Of a DNA stretch of 64,000 nt, positions 41,601 to 56,600 are shown piece after piece; the stretch's first letter is position 1, and each line of letters opens with the position of its first letter. The notes beneath the pieces were generated by a model. It searched no databases. It worked only from the letters and a program-made list of their open reading frames with translations, and was not told where the DNA came from. Where the stretch lies: assembly GCA_004431415.1 (NCBI GenBank), contig QPMI01000477.1, forward strand, positions 620,001 through 684,000. Direction: 5' to 3'. The translations under genes were made by a program, and so were the position numbers. The stretch comes from Cyanophora paradoxa CCMP329 (Eukaryota; Plantae; Glaucophyta).

Positions 41601-44600
41601 GCGAGGTCGACCACGTTGCCTGCGCGCGGCGCCGGCGTGAGGCCGGCCGGGCCGCGGTCCGGGGCCCGTGGCGCACCATCGCAGAGGGCGTAGTCGCGCA
41701 GCGCCTGCGCGAAGGCGTGCGCCGTCGTCTGCAGCGTGTCGTACACCTCGACCCGCACGTCGTCTGCCATCGCGCTGCCCACGACCTGCCGCGGCCCTGA
41801 GCGGCCGACCACCGGACAGAACAGAAAGTTAACCGAAGAGCGCACGGCGACGGAGGGCTGGCCCGGCTCCGGAAGGGCGGCGCCCGGGAAGAGGACGGCC
41901 TCGCGGGCGTTGACGAGGGAGCGGGTGAGGCGCGCCTCGGGCGTCTCGCCCGCAAGGTCCTCAGTGTCCACGAAGGAGACGAGCCGGAGGGCGATCGGGA
42001 AGGGCGCGGGCGCCGCGAGGGAGACCTGGAGGACCTCTGCGCCGCCGAGGCGGGCCCAGGGCCGCGCGAGCGCCGAGGCAAGAGCCCAGGCGAGGGCGCG
42101 GGCGGGGAGCAGGCCCGCCTCCGGCCCGGCGGCCTGCTGGAAGGCGAGGAGCAGGACCGTCTCGGCGGGCGTCGCGCCGGCCGCCACAGACGGGGCGGAG
42201 AACATGGAGGCGAGGAGCGAGGCCGTCAGGGCGGGGTGCGAGCCGACGGGGGCCGGCAGCGGCAGGCCGACGATGAGGCTCGCCAGGCGCGAGGGCGTCG
42301 CGTCGAAGTCCGCCGGCCGCGCCGCGAGGAGCACGCGGACCGTCGCCTGGCCGTACCGCGCGCCGGCGGCCGCGAACGTGCCGACGGCGCGCGGCGGCGC
42401 GGAGACGGACCACGTGAAGGTCCGCGTGTTGGGCGCGTCGACGGGCGGCAGCGCCGCGCCGGCGGCGAGGACATCGACGCGGTAGGTCGCGTTCCAGAGC
42501 TCCGGGAGGAAGCGGGGGTGCGCGGGCGCGGGGCAACGCAGCCGCGACGCGCTGAGGACCGTTGCCGCCGTCTCCATCGCCGCCGCCGTCGCGGCGCTGC
42601 CGACCAGGCGGAAGGAGCAGCGCGCGGCGTCCGCGGCCGTCAGGTCGAGGTTGGCGACGGTGACCTCGATGGTGGGCGGCGTGACGGTGAAGTTGTCGGG
42701 CGGGTAGTACACCACGTGCCGCGAGGGCGGATCGACGGAGAGGACGGCCGGCCCGCCGGAGCCGGAGCCGCCCGGCAGCGGGCTGGTCGGGTCGACGAGG
42801 GCGCCCGACGGCGCGACGAGCTTTAGCACCTCGGGCGTGACCTCGACGCTGACCGAGCTGCCCGCGTCGGCGAGGCCCGTGGCGAGGTTGTTCGAGAAGG
42901 CCTCGATGCACGAGCCGCAGCTGATCTGCTGCAGGAAGGCCTGCGCGGCGGCGCCCGCGGGGACCGAGGACGAGGCCGCGAAGACGTACGTGACCTAGCG
43001 CGGGGGGTGAGCGGCCCCGGCTGGCGGCGCGGGGGCGGCGGCTCGGGGCGGGTGGGCGGCGGACCTTGGTGCTCGACGAGCGGAGAGCGCGGCCGCGGCG
43101 GGCCGCCGCGCACTGGACGGCGACGGACGACGGGTCGACGCCGGCGGTGCTCGCCGCGGCCGCGGCGAGGCCGGCCTGCGTCGGGCCGTCCTGGCACTCG
43201 GCGAGGGTGATGGGCAGCACGACGGCGACCGAGGCGGGCTCGGCGGCACAGGCGAGCGCCGCGGGGGCCGCGGTGGGGAACTCCGCCGCCTCCGGTTGCA
43301 CGAACGCGCCGGCGAGGGCCCGGGCGTAGAAGGCGGTCTCAACCGCGAGATGTGCGGTCGAAACCTGTGGAGCGCGCGCGTTCGGGATCGAAAATCGAGA
43401 GTGGCGGAGAATCGAGCCGCACCGAATCAAAGAAGGCAGCAGGGCTGATAACTGCACCGGAGCGGACGACGGTAGGCGCACCAGAGGCGCCTTTGCTGAC
43501 GTTGTAGGAGATCACGCTCGACGCGACGACGGAGGCTGGAGGCAGAAAAGCGTCAGCCGACGCGACGCTGTCAATTTGATGCGGAGCAGCTCGTGATCGC
43601 GCACCGTTGCTGACAGTGATCGTCGCGCGCGCGCTGGACGACAGCGGATCTAGCGAGGCGGCCGTCCAGAGCAGGGTGGCAAGGGACGGCGGCAGGCATC
43701 CCGCGTCGGACGAGCCCGACAGAACCGCGTACGAGGCGAAGGCGCCGGGGACAGAGGTGAGGGCGCCCGAGATCGTCGTGTCGCTGTTGTATGTCATCAG
43801 CGACCATCAGATACGAGAAGAGAGAAAGCGGAACGCGGTTGGAGGCCACACACCGGGTAGTATTCCCGTTGGTAGTGCGGAATGTAAGAGAGACGGCCAC
43901 GCCCGGACGAATAGAGCGGTCAGAGAGCAAGATGCCTGCGCGCGCCTGAGAATGGGCTACATAAATTTCGAGCAAAGCGCTCACCTGCAAGGCTGCCGAC
44001 GGTCTCGATAAGCACGTTCGGCGCCGACGAAGAGGGCGTTTTCGTCACGACAGTGCCCTCAGCGTTTGTGATGCTGTAGCTGACGACGCGGAGGCCGCTG
44101 TGGAGACCGAAGAGCTGCACGGTCGTTGCGCCGGGGTTGAAATCGACGAACTTGGCGAGAACCATGCCCTCTCTGCCGCGCGCGCACGGGGCCATGATCA
44201 GCAGCGCGCAGCAAAAGGGGTGGCCAGAGCAGGAGAAAAGCCGCCCGCACCCTGCAAACTGAGTCGGATTGGCAACAGCTAAGACGGCATACGCGTCGAA
44301 GCGAGGTGACGGCGAGGAGACGGGCAGCGAGCTTGGAGAGGGGCTCGGGCTCGGCGTCTCCGTCGGCGACGGGCTGGGCGACGGGCTCGGGCTCGGCGTC
44401 TCGGTCGGCGATGGGCTGGGCGACGGGCTCGGGCTCGGCGTCTTCGTCGGCGACGGGCTGGGCGACGGGCTCGGGCTCGGCGTCTCCGTCGGCGACGGGC
44501 TGGGCGACGGGCTCGGGCTCGGCGTCTCCGTCGGCGACGGGCTGGGCGACGGGCTCGGGCTCGGCGTCTCGGTCGGCGATGGGCTGGGCGACGGGCTCGG

Positions 44601-47600
44601 GCTCGGCGTCTCGGTCGGCGATGGGCTGGGCGACGGGCTCGGGCTCGGCGTCTCCGTCGGCGACGGGCTGGGCGACGGGCTCGGGCTCGGCGTCTCCGTC
44701 GGCGACGGGCTGGGCGACGGGCTCGGGCTCGGCGTCTCCGTCGGCGACGGGCTGGGCGACGGGCTCGGGCTCGGCGTCTCCGTCGGCGACGGGCTGGGCG
44801 ACGGGCTCGGGCTCGGCGTCTCGGTCGGCGATGGGCTGGGAGACGGGCTCGGGCTCGGCGTCTCGGTCGGCGATGGGCTGGGAGACGGGCTCGGGCTCGG
44901 CGTCTCGGTCGGCGATGGGCTGGGCGACGGGCTCGGGCTCGGCGTCTCGGTCGGCGACGGGCTGGGCGATGGGCTCGGGCTCGGCGTCTCCGTCGGCGAC
45001 GGGCTGGGCGACGGGCTCGGGCTCGGCGTCTCCGTCGGCGACGGGCTGGGCGACGGGCTCGGGCTCGGCGTCTCCGTCGGCGACGGGCTGGGCGACGGGC
45101 TCGGGCTCGGCGTCTCCGTCGGCGACGGGCTGGGCGACGGGCTCGGGCTCGGCGTCTCCGTCGGCGACGGGCTGGGCGACGGGCTCGGGCTCGGCGTCTC
45201 TGTCGGCAATGGGCTGGGAGACGGGCTCGGCTCGGCGTCTCGGTCGGCGATGGGCTGGGCGACGGGCTCGGGCTCGGCGTCTCGGTCGGCGACGGGCTGG
45301 GCGATGGGCTCGGGCTCGGCGTCTCCGTCGGCGACGGGCTGGGCGACGGGCTCGGGCTCGGCGTCTCCGTCGGCGACGGGCTGGGCGACGGGCTCGGGCT
45401 CGGCGTCTCCGTCGGCGACGGGCTGGGCGACGGGCTCGGGCTCGGCGTCTCCGTCGGCGACGGGCTGGGCGACGGCTCGGGCTCGGCGTCTCCGTCGGCG
45501 ACGGGCTGGGCGACGGGCTCGGGCTCGGCGTCTCCGTCGGCGACGGGCTGGGCGACGGGCTCGGGCTCGGCGTCTCCGTCGGCGACGGGCTGGGCGACGG
45601 GCTCGGGCTCGGCGTCTCGGTCGGCGATGGGCTGGGCGACGGGCTCGGGCTCGGCGTCTCCGTCGGCGACGGGCTGGGCGACGGGCTCGGGCTCGGCGTC
45701 TCCGTCGGCGACGGGCTGGGCGACGGGCTGGGCGACGGGCTCGGGCTCGGCGTCTCCGTCGGCGACGGGCTGGGCGACGGGCTGGGTGACGGGCTTGGCG
45801 ATGGGCTCGGTGTCGGGGGGATGGCGACGATGAAACGCTGGACTTGGCTCAGTTCTGTTCCACCAACCTGTACACTCAGGGTGTAATCTCCAGCAATTAG
45901 GTCCGCGGTGGGCAGACTATAGGTAGCAGAGCCACTGGTCGTGGCGACTTCATTCGTCAGCGATTGCGCATCTCCACGTTTCACAATAAAGACGACCGTC
46001 GTTCCATCTTGCACGAGATTGCCATACGCATCCCTGAGAAAATGCGTGATCATGAGAAATAGCGTGTCCAAGCGACAATGCGCGGGGGGGCGAAAAGCAC
46101 TCACCGCACGGTAGCTGTCGCGGTGCATAGCTGCGAGGAGCCCGCAATCTGATCCGAGCATCCCTCGAAACTGACGTTGCTCTTGGCAGAGGCCGCCACA
46201 GATGGCACGATCGTAATGTCGAGCGGGGTGAAGCCTTCCGCGAGAGCAAGCGCGAATTCGCCTGCGAGCTCGCTGCCGACGGCAAAGCCGTAGTGGCCTG
46301 CCCCGAGCGACACAGGACCCGACAAAAGCGTCGCCGTCGAGTTGAGGGTCAGGGGGAAGTGGTTGTTCTCCGCGAACCGCAGGTTTCCATGCCTGAAACA
46401 GGTCAGATTTGCTTCGATTGCAAAGAGATCTAGAATATTAATGCCTTCTACTTACCCATCGCGAGCGACAAGAGTAAGGCACGCGCGGCCCGCGCCAGCC
46501 TGGACAGACGGATGGAACTGCGGGTTCGCCGCGCGTTCTTCGAGAAGGGTGTCGCCCAGAGACTGGTGGGCTGCGAGGGCAGGTGAGGACACGAATCAGC
46601 GCGGAATTTTGAATTTTGCACTGTTGCGATTCGCGCGGGCGTGTTCTTACCGGCTCGGATGCTGATGTGCGGCGTGGTGCTGGGAAGCACAGCCGAGGGC
46701 ACCAGTGCGCTGTTGATGTCGAGCTCAACGCGGTACGCCGCAGCGACGGTGAGCGTGAACGAGGCGGTGAAGGACGCGCCGTCGGCGGCGGCTGACAGCG
46801 GCACGGTCTTTTCGAGGGATTCCGACGCCGCAGCAGTGACGTCATACGTCGGGAATGAGCACGTCTCCAGAGTGAGACTCGCGGTCGAGTTTGCCGTTGC
46901 AGATAAGACCCCGGACTTGTAAAGACGCAAAACAAGCGCGGGGCCCGCATCCGCAGGCGCAATCACGTTCTCAAATTCATCGCTGTTGAGCTCGGTCAGC
47001 GAAGAACAAAGGTCGACTGCGAGTCGCATTCGCACCGCACGACGGCCTGTGCGATGCATGCGTCTCCGGCAGTCATTGACGTGCATTCGGCGAGGGTCAG
47101 TGTTGTCTTGGACGGATCGGCCGCCGCAGGCACAACCGAGAATGTCATCGGGCTATTGTCGACATCAAAGTTCCCAATCGTGGCTGTCAGAATGTACGAG
47201 CCGGCAGTGTTAAGAGACGAGAGATTCGCGGATGCTAGGCCGGAAGATGTCAATGAAGTCTGCGTCCAAATCTGGACATTCCCAGAGCCTCCAACCTTGA
47301 AGATCTTGAAGACAACCGACGAGCCGTCGACAGAGTTTCCAAATTGATCGCGCACAGCCACGGTTGCAACGCCACCCGTGGCGCCTGCGACGAGCGAGGG
47401 GGTCCAGTCGACGGACAGGGCCGATGTGCTGGGATCCGGCGCGGAAGGCGCGATGGAGAACGCCTTCGGACTGCCGCTGATGTGCTCGCCAGCGACAGTG
47501 GCAGACGCGACGTACGCCCCCGCCGCAGTGAAGGTCGCCGGCACGTCGACGGAGACGGTGCCAGCGACAGTCGAATTTGCCGAGTACGTCCAAGGCGCCG

Positions 47601-50600
47601 AGGCGTCAGGCCCGGAGATCGTGAAGGTGACGCTCTGCTCTGGAATTGCGTTGCCAAAGCGGTCTCGGATCGTGGCCTGTGCGAGGCCGATGGAAGCCCC
47701 GGGCTTGAGGGAGCCCCAGGTGAAGGTGACGGCGGATGAAGGCAGGTCGACTGCTGCGGGCTGAACAAAGAGGGTGTACGGCGAATTCCCGACCGCCTCG
47801 TTTGCGAGCAGAACCCCGACGGAGTATTCCCCCGCAGAGCTCTCCGAGAAAGACATCGAGCCAACCCCGTTTTGTCCTACGCTGACGGTGAACTGTCGAA
47901 CTTGCCGCGGCCGCTGCGTTGAGACCGGGGACACGATTATCGTGATCTCTGCACGGGTAAATCAGATCTACCACAACGCTTGAGCGCTTCAAATGGACGC
48001 ACCGACGCCGGCCTGAGCTGGCGCATCACCTTGCTCGTCCCTAACAGTCACCTCGAAGGCCGCCGTGTCTCCGGCCAGCAGCGATGGCGGAATGCTGGCC
48101 GCGCTCTTGCTTGCAGCTGGCACGCTGTCCGCTGGGAAAACAGCGACGCTCACACCAGCCGTGGCGTAGCTCCCGGCCTCGAACACCGCCCGCTTGGCGG
48201 CCGACCGCACGGTGACCGAGAACGCGTACGTGGCGCCCGCCGTCTGGAAGAACGAGGCGGGGATCGAGAGAGTCTGCCCCGACGCGGCACCTGAAAGCGC
48301 GAGGAGATCGGCGTTACGATGGCGCTCCGGGATCCGAGCAATTGCACGCAAATTATTTCAACGAGCGGGCGGCTGCGCACCGAGGAAATTGCTTCCAGCG
48401 CAAAGCGCCCTCGACGCGTCGGCGCAAGTCCACGAGTACGCCCAATCCGACGTTGAGCCCGAGTCGGGGTCGGTGGCGGTCGCCGTCAGCTCCAGGCCAC
48501 CGGCAATGTTGGTTGGAACGAGTACAGTGCCGCTCTTGTCGAGCCTCACCGTTATAGGCGACGGCACGAACCGGACGAGGACGGCACTGGTGGAAGCCAG
48601 TGCGAGCGCGTCGTCGACCTGGAGATCCGCCCTGAACTGGAGCAGCAGAGAAGGCATCTGGCGCGTATCGATTTGCGCGAGGTCGAGACGCAGCTGCCGG
48701 CTGGTGACGTTGGTAACTGTCGCGAGGTTGACCCCTGGCGGATCGACGACCGACCACGCAAGCTGGAGCCGCGAGAGCAGGTCGGCGACGGGCTCGCAGC
48801 TTGCGAGGGCGACCTCGCCCGACAGCTCAAGAGCGGCGGTGCGGCGAAGGGAGATCGTCGAAGAGCCGTGAATGGAGGTGGAGACGGTGAGGTCCGACGT
48901 CTTGGAAACGCGGACGGACGATACCGGCCCGCGGTTGCCGAAAAAGTTGCGGGGCGTGAGAGAGAACTCGAACTCCGCGTTGGAGGGAAGGCCGGCGACG
49001 GCGGAGGTCAGGTTGACGATCGGTCGGCCCTGCTGCGCGGCGATGGCAGCTTCCAGGGCTGTTGCAGCGGCCGCGGCGCTAGCGGCCGGAGCGTTGAGAA
49101 CGCGGGCCGACCAGGACAGCGTAACGTCGCGGTTCCCGCCTCCGGAGACGGACACGGCCTGCAGAACCAGCTCCGAGCAGGCGCCGATGACGGGTGGCGC
49201 GACGGCCGTGGCTGAAGGCAGGAGAGGCCGCAGTGGCTGCAATAGGGTGGACGTGGCCGTCGACGGCAGCGAGTTTCGAACAGCGGTGAACTGCGGTGTG
49301 CTCGCGATGTCAGCGCAGCGCGGAATTCGAAAGAGATGCGGCGGCTGATGCGCACGAGGACATTGGCCTTGACTGCAATGCTGTCGCCTGGCATGATGGT
49401 GCTCTGCGGCCCGAGCGAGACGACGAGCAGCGAAGGGCTCGGCCAAGAGCAGGATGCTGCGAGGCATGCACATGCGCAGTGAGTCGCATCGCGCAAAGGC
49501 CTCGGGCGGGGAGAGTGCGATCAGGCACCTCCCTCTAGGAGCATGTTGGTCGCCGCTGACAAAACGCGAGCGCAATCCTCGCTGGCGACGTGTCCGTTGT
49601 TGGGTTCAACCATATCAGCCATGTTCGTACTAACATCAAACTGGACATCGATCGAGTCGCCGCTGGGCGCGAAAACAGCCCTGGAGATCGCAGGCACGGC
49701 CGCTGCGTGATCATGACTAGCGCGTCAGAACTGAACGAAGGGGGAAGTCGCACGCCCAAATTGGTTTTAAAGCCACGCACCCGGCTGGAAGGAAATCACG
49801 CTGGAGACTGATTGCTCGAATGCGGAAGCAACTGAGCTGCGCATAGAGACTGACACGCGGAAGGACCCCGTGGGCACGACGAGCAGGCGCGCTAGGACGC
49901 CGTCCCTGGCCGGCGAGTAGTCGAGCTGGACGGACGGCGGGTGCGCGGACGCCGCTGGCCGCGTCTCCCCGACCGCGGCGACGGAGACCTCGAAATGACT
50001 GCTGACGGGGCCCCAGGTCGACAGATCGATCCTGTTCTTGTACGCATCCCGGACCTGAGCGCATTTCAGCGCGAAACGCCGCAGCGCGTCTAACGCAGCG
50101 AGTGTGGGGGGCGCACCGAAATGCGGAGGACGATTTCGGAGCCAGCGGTCGGTGCGGTAGTCACCGCGGGCGTTAGGACGGTCTGATTAGCATCCGCGGC
50201 GGACGGTGTCACGGTCATCGCGAGCGGAGCAAAGTCGCTGCCGAGCGTCAGCCTGAAGCTGCCCGCCAGAGTGCTCCCGACAACAATCCCGTAGCGGCCG
50301 GCCCCAAGCGACACGTTGCCAGAAACAATTGATGTCTGGGCGAGGCTCGTTGACGGGGATGCGGCGAGCTCGAGGGCCCAGGGGAATATGCTCTCTACGC
50401 CAACTCGAGCGTTGCGGTAGCTAGCAGCAGAATGAATGTGAGCCGTCGGCGACATTTGCTTGACCGTGAGGCAAGATCGTACGCGTACCGGTCAAGGGCG
50501 GCGAACGTGAGGCAGGCGAGGCCAGCCCCGGCCTGGAATGACGGCGAGAAAGACGCGTTCCGCCCGCGCTCCTCTAACAAGAAGCCATCGGACGTCTGGT

Positions 50601-53600
50601 CACCTGCGTGTGCCACAGAAAGGATCGTCAAAAACGCTGAACGAAAACGGGGAACTGCAAGCTACATCTCTTCAATGCGCACCGGCAACGACTACAATGT
50701 GCGGAGTGGGCGGTAGCGAAAGCGGGAGAACGTCGGTATCATTGAGCTTCAAACTGACTACGGCACGGTAGGTCGTTGCTTTTGTCAACGAGAGCGTTGT
50801 CGTGAAGGCCACGCCGTCCGTAGCGCGCGACAGAGTCACAGTGTCGCGCTTCACCTCTGAGGAAGACGAGGGGGCGGTGTACTTCGGGAAAGTGCAGCCA
50901 TCCAAAGTGACGGAGGGCGACGACTCAGGCACAGCGGCCGCTGGATCGCGGACGGTTTCAAAGAGCTCCATGAGGATTTCGAGGCTGCTAGATCCGGCCG
51001 AAGCGATTAGGTTGTCGTGCGCGTCCCTGCGAGGCATTTGCTGTTAGAGAGCAGCTGCGCGATCAAATGTGCGGATGCGTTAAAATTGCGCGGACCGAAC
51101 AAGAACGTCAAGGTTGCACGATTCTCCCGCAATGAGCGGCGAGCAGCCGGAAAAGGCAGCCTGAGTCTTCTCCGCACTTGGGGCGCCAGGAACGACGGTG
51201 AAGCCCTGCAGGCCCCCCGAGAGATCCTGGCCATCAACAGCAACTGAAAGAATATAGCTTCCTGCAGCGGTCACGCTCGAAGCTGCAGCACTGAGCTCCG
51301 TGGACACGGTCCCGTCTGCACGGGTGGACGAAGTCCAGCTCCAAACTAGCGTGTCGTTGGAAACGCTGCGGATGGACACGATGACCGCCTGATCTTGGAT
51401 GGTATTTCCGTAGACGTCGCGAATGACGGCCGAAACGTCGCCTGCAAAGTTGCCAGCGACAAAAGAACGCAACGAGATAGCCGCCGATGACATGCCAATG
51501 CTGAGCGCTGCCGGATTCACGACTAGTGTTTCGGTTTGAACTGCCTCGTTGCCGAGCAGAACCTGCACAGAGTACGACCCGGCCACGATCTCTGTGAATG
51601 AGAGTGTGGCCTGCGCTCCCTTGTCCGTAACGAATGTGCGCGCATCGACGGGGCGATGTGTCGACACAGGAGTGACCACGACCTTGAAGCCTAAGTAAAA
51701 AAAAGGGAATCAGGCCACAGCGAACGACAGCTCTGTAGTCGAAATGATGGCAGCAGAAGGGCGCACTGATGTCTGGATCGTTCGAGAGGACTCCATTCGA
51801 ATCGCGCGCGGTCATCGTAAAAGTGGATGTGCTGCCTGCGAGCATGGCAGAAGGAACATTCGCGGAGGATCGCTGGGCGTTCGCGAGAACTGCCGCGAAG
51901 ATGCTCAACCAGAGGAGGTTGCGTTTAATGCAGGAAAGAGCGTACCAAAATTGAAAGTGGCGAATCCGGCGCTCGTTTCGCCCGAAGGCGAGTTCGAGAC
52001 GCGAAGCTGGGACGACTTGTGGGTGGAATTGGAGTACGGCGGCACGGCGCAGATCGCAGAGAAGCTGCTCCGGAAGGTCGCCGCCGTCGATGTCGCGACG
52101 TCGGCGAGGTCCGTCCACCGGCACGTAAGCTGCCCGGCGTTCGGGGCGAAGTTGCTTCCGCAGACCGTGACGGTCGTGCTGGCGCTGGCGCCCGAGGACG
52201 CGGAGGACGGAAGAACGCTCTCGAGGGAAGGGGGGCGGCTGTCGTCCCACACCGTCACCGAGCCCGCGTCGACGAATGAGACACCGTCGAAGGCCAGCGA
52301 CAGCGCGATGTCGCCCGCCCACGAGTCGCCGAGGTTCGGCAGCGTGCAGCGTACGGACGACGCACTCACGAAGGCGGCCGAAGTCTCCATGACGGCACCA
52401 CCGTCAGCTCCCCACTGGGTGCGGCAGCGAAGCGCGGAGCCAGTGTTGGTGAAACTGGTGCCGGTGATGGGGACGGAAATACACGTGGGCTGGAGGCGAA
52501 TACGTGTGCATGAGAAGAGAGAGCATACAAGGGGACAAAGAAAGCGCGCACGATGTTCTCAGTGCCTGAGACAGGGCACAGTTCGGCCGCTGTGCGCACA
52601 AGGGAGATCGGATTGACTGAGAACGATGCTGCGTACACATTGTGGTCACTGCGACTGCGTGGATGAAGATGACATGTGCCGAAAGCGCGTACCAATCACA
52701 GTGATGGAGACGGCTTTCTCCAGATCGCGAGGGGACCCCAACGAAATGGCAAGCGAGTGGACACCAAGCGACAGGTGTTTCGTCGGGCAGACAATCGCAT
52801 CGTTCGTGCTTGCCGGAAGAGCATCCACCGGAGCGCTGCCAAAGAAGCAGCGCGTGCGGCCCTGCACGTAGAGAAGCCTTCCAGTCACGAGCACCGAGTT
52901 CGTCCGATCGAAGATGACGACGGCAGGGGCCACCGCGTCGGGACTCACAGCGTCTGCCGCTATACGTCAGCGCTGGGCCCAGCCGCAGAAAGCTCACGGA
53001 TTTGCACCATAAATGGTCAGCGCCGCCGTGCTCTGACGGGTCCAGCTCACTCCGTTTGTGATGGAAACGACGACGAAGTAGTCGGCCGGCAGGGAAGCGC
53101 CCAGGACGACCCGCTGCAGGTCGGGAAGCGTGCCGCAGTTGACGTTCCCGTCCGCCGCGGAGACGGCAGACCAGGAGGCGACGATCTCCAGAGGAGCCGA
53201 CGTGGAGAAAGCGGTGGCCACCGCGCACCTCGGAGTGCCGAAGTCTGCGAAAGAGAAAGCGGCGAAGCCGTCCGTGGTCGCGCGAACGGTAATCGAGATT
53301 CCACCGTAGATGGACGCAAGCACTGGCGTCGGGACCGCGCCCCAGGAAACCACCGGGTTACCTGTTGTCGGAGCGCGGGGCGGAAATAAGAAGAACGCAG
53401 GAAGCGCAATCTTGCCAGGAGCGAAACACAGCACCGAAGACGGTGACAGAGGTAGCGGCGCCGGTTGCGGGCGAGCGACCGGAGCCTGGAGACATGCGGA
53501 ACGTGATGGGCGCTGGCGCCGTGCCTGTAATGTCTACCGCGCCCGTGACACACGACACCGAGGACGGCGAAGTATCGAGCGCAAGGCCCGAGCACTCGAC

Positions 53601-56600
53601 GCCCCCGACAAACACGGCGGCCTCGACCAGCAGCGGCTGCAGGAGAGCAAAGGAGCTTGCAGCCAGTCTCAATGTAAGCTGGGAGCCGCCGGCGGCCGGG
53701 ATTCTCGTTGGCGACACGCTCACGACCTCGATAGAAGCTGCAAAAAATGCGATGAGCTGAACGCCTGTTCTAGATCTGAAATACAGCTGAATATTAATGC
53801 GCACGATAGAGAGTGAAATCCAGCTTGCTGTCGTCGACGTAGCTCACGCCATTGGGAGCGAGGGCTACTTGGAGCGTGAAAGGAGCGCCCCCAAAAGCAG
53901 AGTCCGGGAGCGGCATCTCAAAGAACTCGGCGGGAGTGTTGCTCGGGGCGGCCGTCGGCTGGCAGGTGCAAGGGCCCAACACGGGCTTCGAGCAGTTGGC
54001 GCTGAGCTTGGGCAGGCCGGCGGCCCCGCGGGCGCCCCACGTGGACTGGCGGACTGGGACGGGGGCGGGGCACGAGACCCCTCCACTGCTGAGAATCGCC
54101 TGCACTTCCGCCTCGGCGCCCCCGGGAACGCTCCAGCGGCACCTGCGGGCAGTGGCGCGTCACACGAAAAACACCGGGCCGGGGGATTGCGAGCGGAGCC
54201 GAGGACCTGGCTTCCTTGGGCAGGCCACCTAGATTCTGGCCCACGAGGCGAATTGCAGAGGGCGAGGCCACGACCAGCCAGCCGCGTGAAGGCGAGAGCA
54301 GCGTGGGCAGCACTGGATGGTTGAAGTACGTCAGACGAAGCGTGTTCTGCGCGGCCTCACTCCCGTCTGGCAGGTAGGTCAGCGTCTGCTCGAACGGGTC
54401 CGTCGCCCCTGCACAAGCGGCGGATCAGACGAAAAATGTGGGGCTTCGCTTCTGTGCGTGCGGCTCAATTACTAGTCGCACCCTTCGGAGGGAGGCTGAA
54501 CGCAAAGGAGCAGCCATCCTGACTGAAGTTCGAGGGCTTGAATCTCAGGTCGCCGACCTGCACGAAGGCATTGCCGTCTGCCTGGAGCAGCCCGGAGCCG
54601 AAAACAGTGATGGAGGTCGAGCCCGCTCCGAAGGCGGGCGCGGAGGCAGGGACGATCTCGGCCAGAGAGCCGGCCCCGTCGCGGTAGGTGTAGGTCACGG
54701 GCGCCGTCCTGAAAGTGTGGACGGCACGAACGCCGAGAGCCACCTTGCTCGCCGCGCGCGTGAACTCGACCGACACGGGCACCGTCCCGGTGCGGGCGCT
54801 TAGGGGCGCAGCACATAGGACGGAGTTAATTCTGTCGGGGCTGCGGAGGAGGGTGGCAGGGACCCGGATGCCGTCGAACAGGCACGTCAGGTCCTCCGTC
54901 TGCGTAAAATGAAACGCAGCGTCAGCTCAAGCTCGAAAGGGGCGCGAAATATAGGAAGCAGACCGCGAGGAAGTTAGTGCCGCGGATCGTGAGGATAACG
55001 GGGCTTCGGCGATTCCCAGACGTTGGGAAGAGGGGAGTTGTGGCATCCAGAATCGGCCGACACTCCGTATTATCGCCACCGCACACGTTGCAGGCGTCAT
55101 ACGTTTGACCCTCGATCAGGCCGTCACAGCCCTTGCATGTGGAGCCATCGCCGCCGCAGACGCCCTGCAAAAGAAACATCGATATCAGAGAACTGTAAGC
55201 TGGATGTCTCTCAGCCTGTATGCTACGCACGCATAGGTCCTTGCGAAGGCCGCCGTTAATGACACCAGCGCAGTCCACGCATTGGTTGCTCCCGCCGCAG
55301 GTTCCGCAACGATCGCGGTTCGGGCATGGGTCCGTGTCATCGAGGAGCCCGCGACGACTGGACGCCGGCTGCGCCCACAGAGCATCGACTGTCGCATTCG
55401 CAACAGCGACTCGCCACGAGTTCATAACGGCCGCGTAGAAAGGAGTTAGGCCTGCGTGCAAGCATGGTCAGGGCCTGCGAACAAACGCATCAGGAGCGCC
55501 AGATCGCGATCATCGCACCGCGAGATGCGAAGAAGTAGATGAAATCCGTCTGGAAGCGGCAGTCGCTGACGCGCTGCACGCTGGAGGAGCGCAATGTGAA
55601 GTTCGTGTCGGGGAAGTTCAGGACGGCTGAGAAGGGCCCCGTGCCCGCCCAGGCGACGGAGATGGTCGTGTTTTCGCCGACTATGACGCTCGAGGGCTGC
55701 ACCGCAATGGCGATGTCCGTCGGCTCGGCGCCCGCCACGTCCAGGTCCAGCGAGCCCTGCGCCTGGCCCCACCGCGACGAAACTGTAACCGTGACGCGCT
55801 TCGGGCCTCCGTCCTGCCGCAGAAGGCTGTTATGAAGGCAGCCCGCGGCCGGGCGATCAGCAAACGCGGTACCGTGAACGTGTGCGTGACAACCGGATTC
55901 CCGCCCGTGCTCTTCGTGACAGTCGAGTCTGATGCGGACCGCTTGCAAAGCCACCGCTCGCCGGCCAGAGCGACTGGCGCGAGCGTCCAGTCGAATGTGA
56001 ACGGGCCGTTGCCCGACTCGACTTCGGCGGAGAAGGCCAATGGCGCGCCTTCCGCCGGCGCAGTCGAGTTGGAATTCCCGGACACAATCCGAATCTTCGG
56101 TGGAGAAGGTGGCGCTCCGTTGACCGCAATCACGAAGGTCGCGCTCACGTTTCCAGCGGGATTGAAGGCTTGTATGCGGACCACGCGGTCGCCCGGGGAT
56201 GCCGGCGTGAATCGGACCTCCTGGCCCCACACCTCGCGGTCGGTGAAGTTGGTGTACGTTTCTGTGATCCCGAAGCCGTCGCCTTCGCTCAGCGCCGTCC
56301 AGAGGAAGTTCATTGGGTCGTCGCCCTTGCCGGCGAACACCAACGCCTTTATCGGACGGCCCGCCACCGGCGTGCCCTCTGTCGTGATGGAAAGCTCAGA
56401 AGGAAGCGTCGGAAGGACTTCGATGGGGACGACGAGCGACGAGTTGCCCTGCAGAACGTTCGTAAGGCAATTCGGGGGCGTCAGGCAGAGAGCTCTGTGC
56501 GGGCGAACCTCGGGTGAATGAGCTTTGACCGTGAGATTCATGCGCCCGAACGCCGAGTACGAGTGCACGCCGGCGTCCTCCAGAAGGAACTGCGCGCGTC

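Noticed and set aside
38488-45886. Long Arg/Pro/Gly-rich ORFs, including plus-strand GLGDGLG and ATGWATGSG ORFs
   Set aside because: Shadow frames of very GC-rich coding DNA and of the antisense minisatellite.
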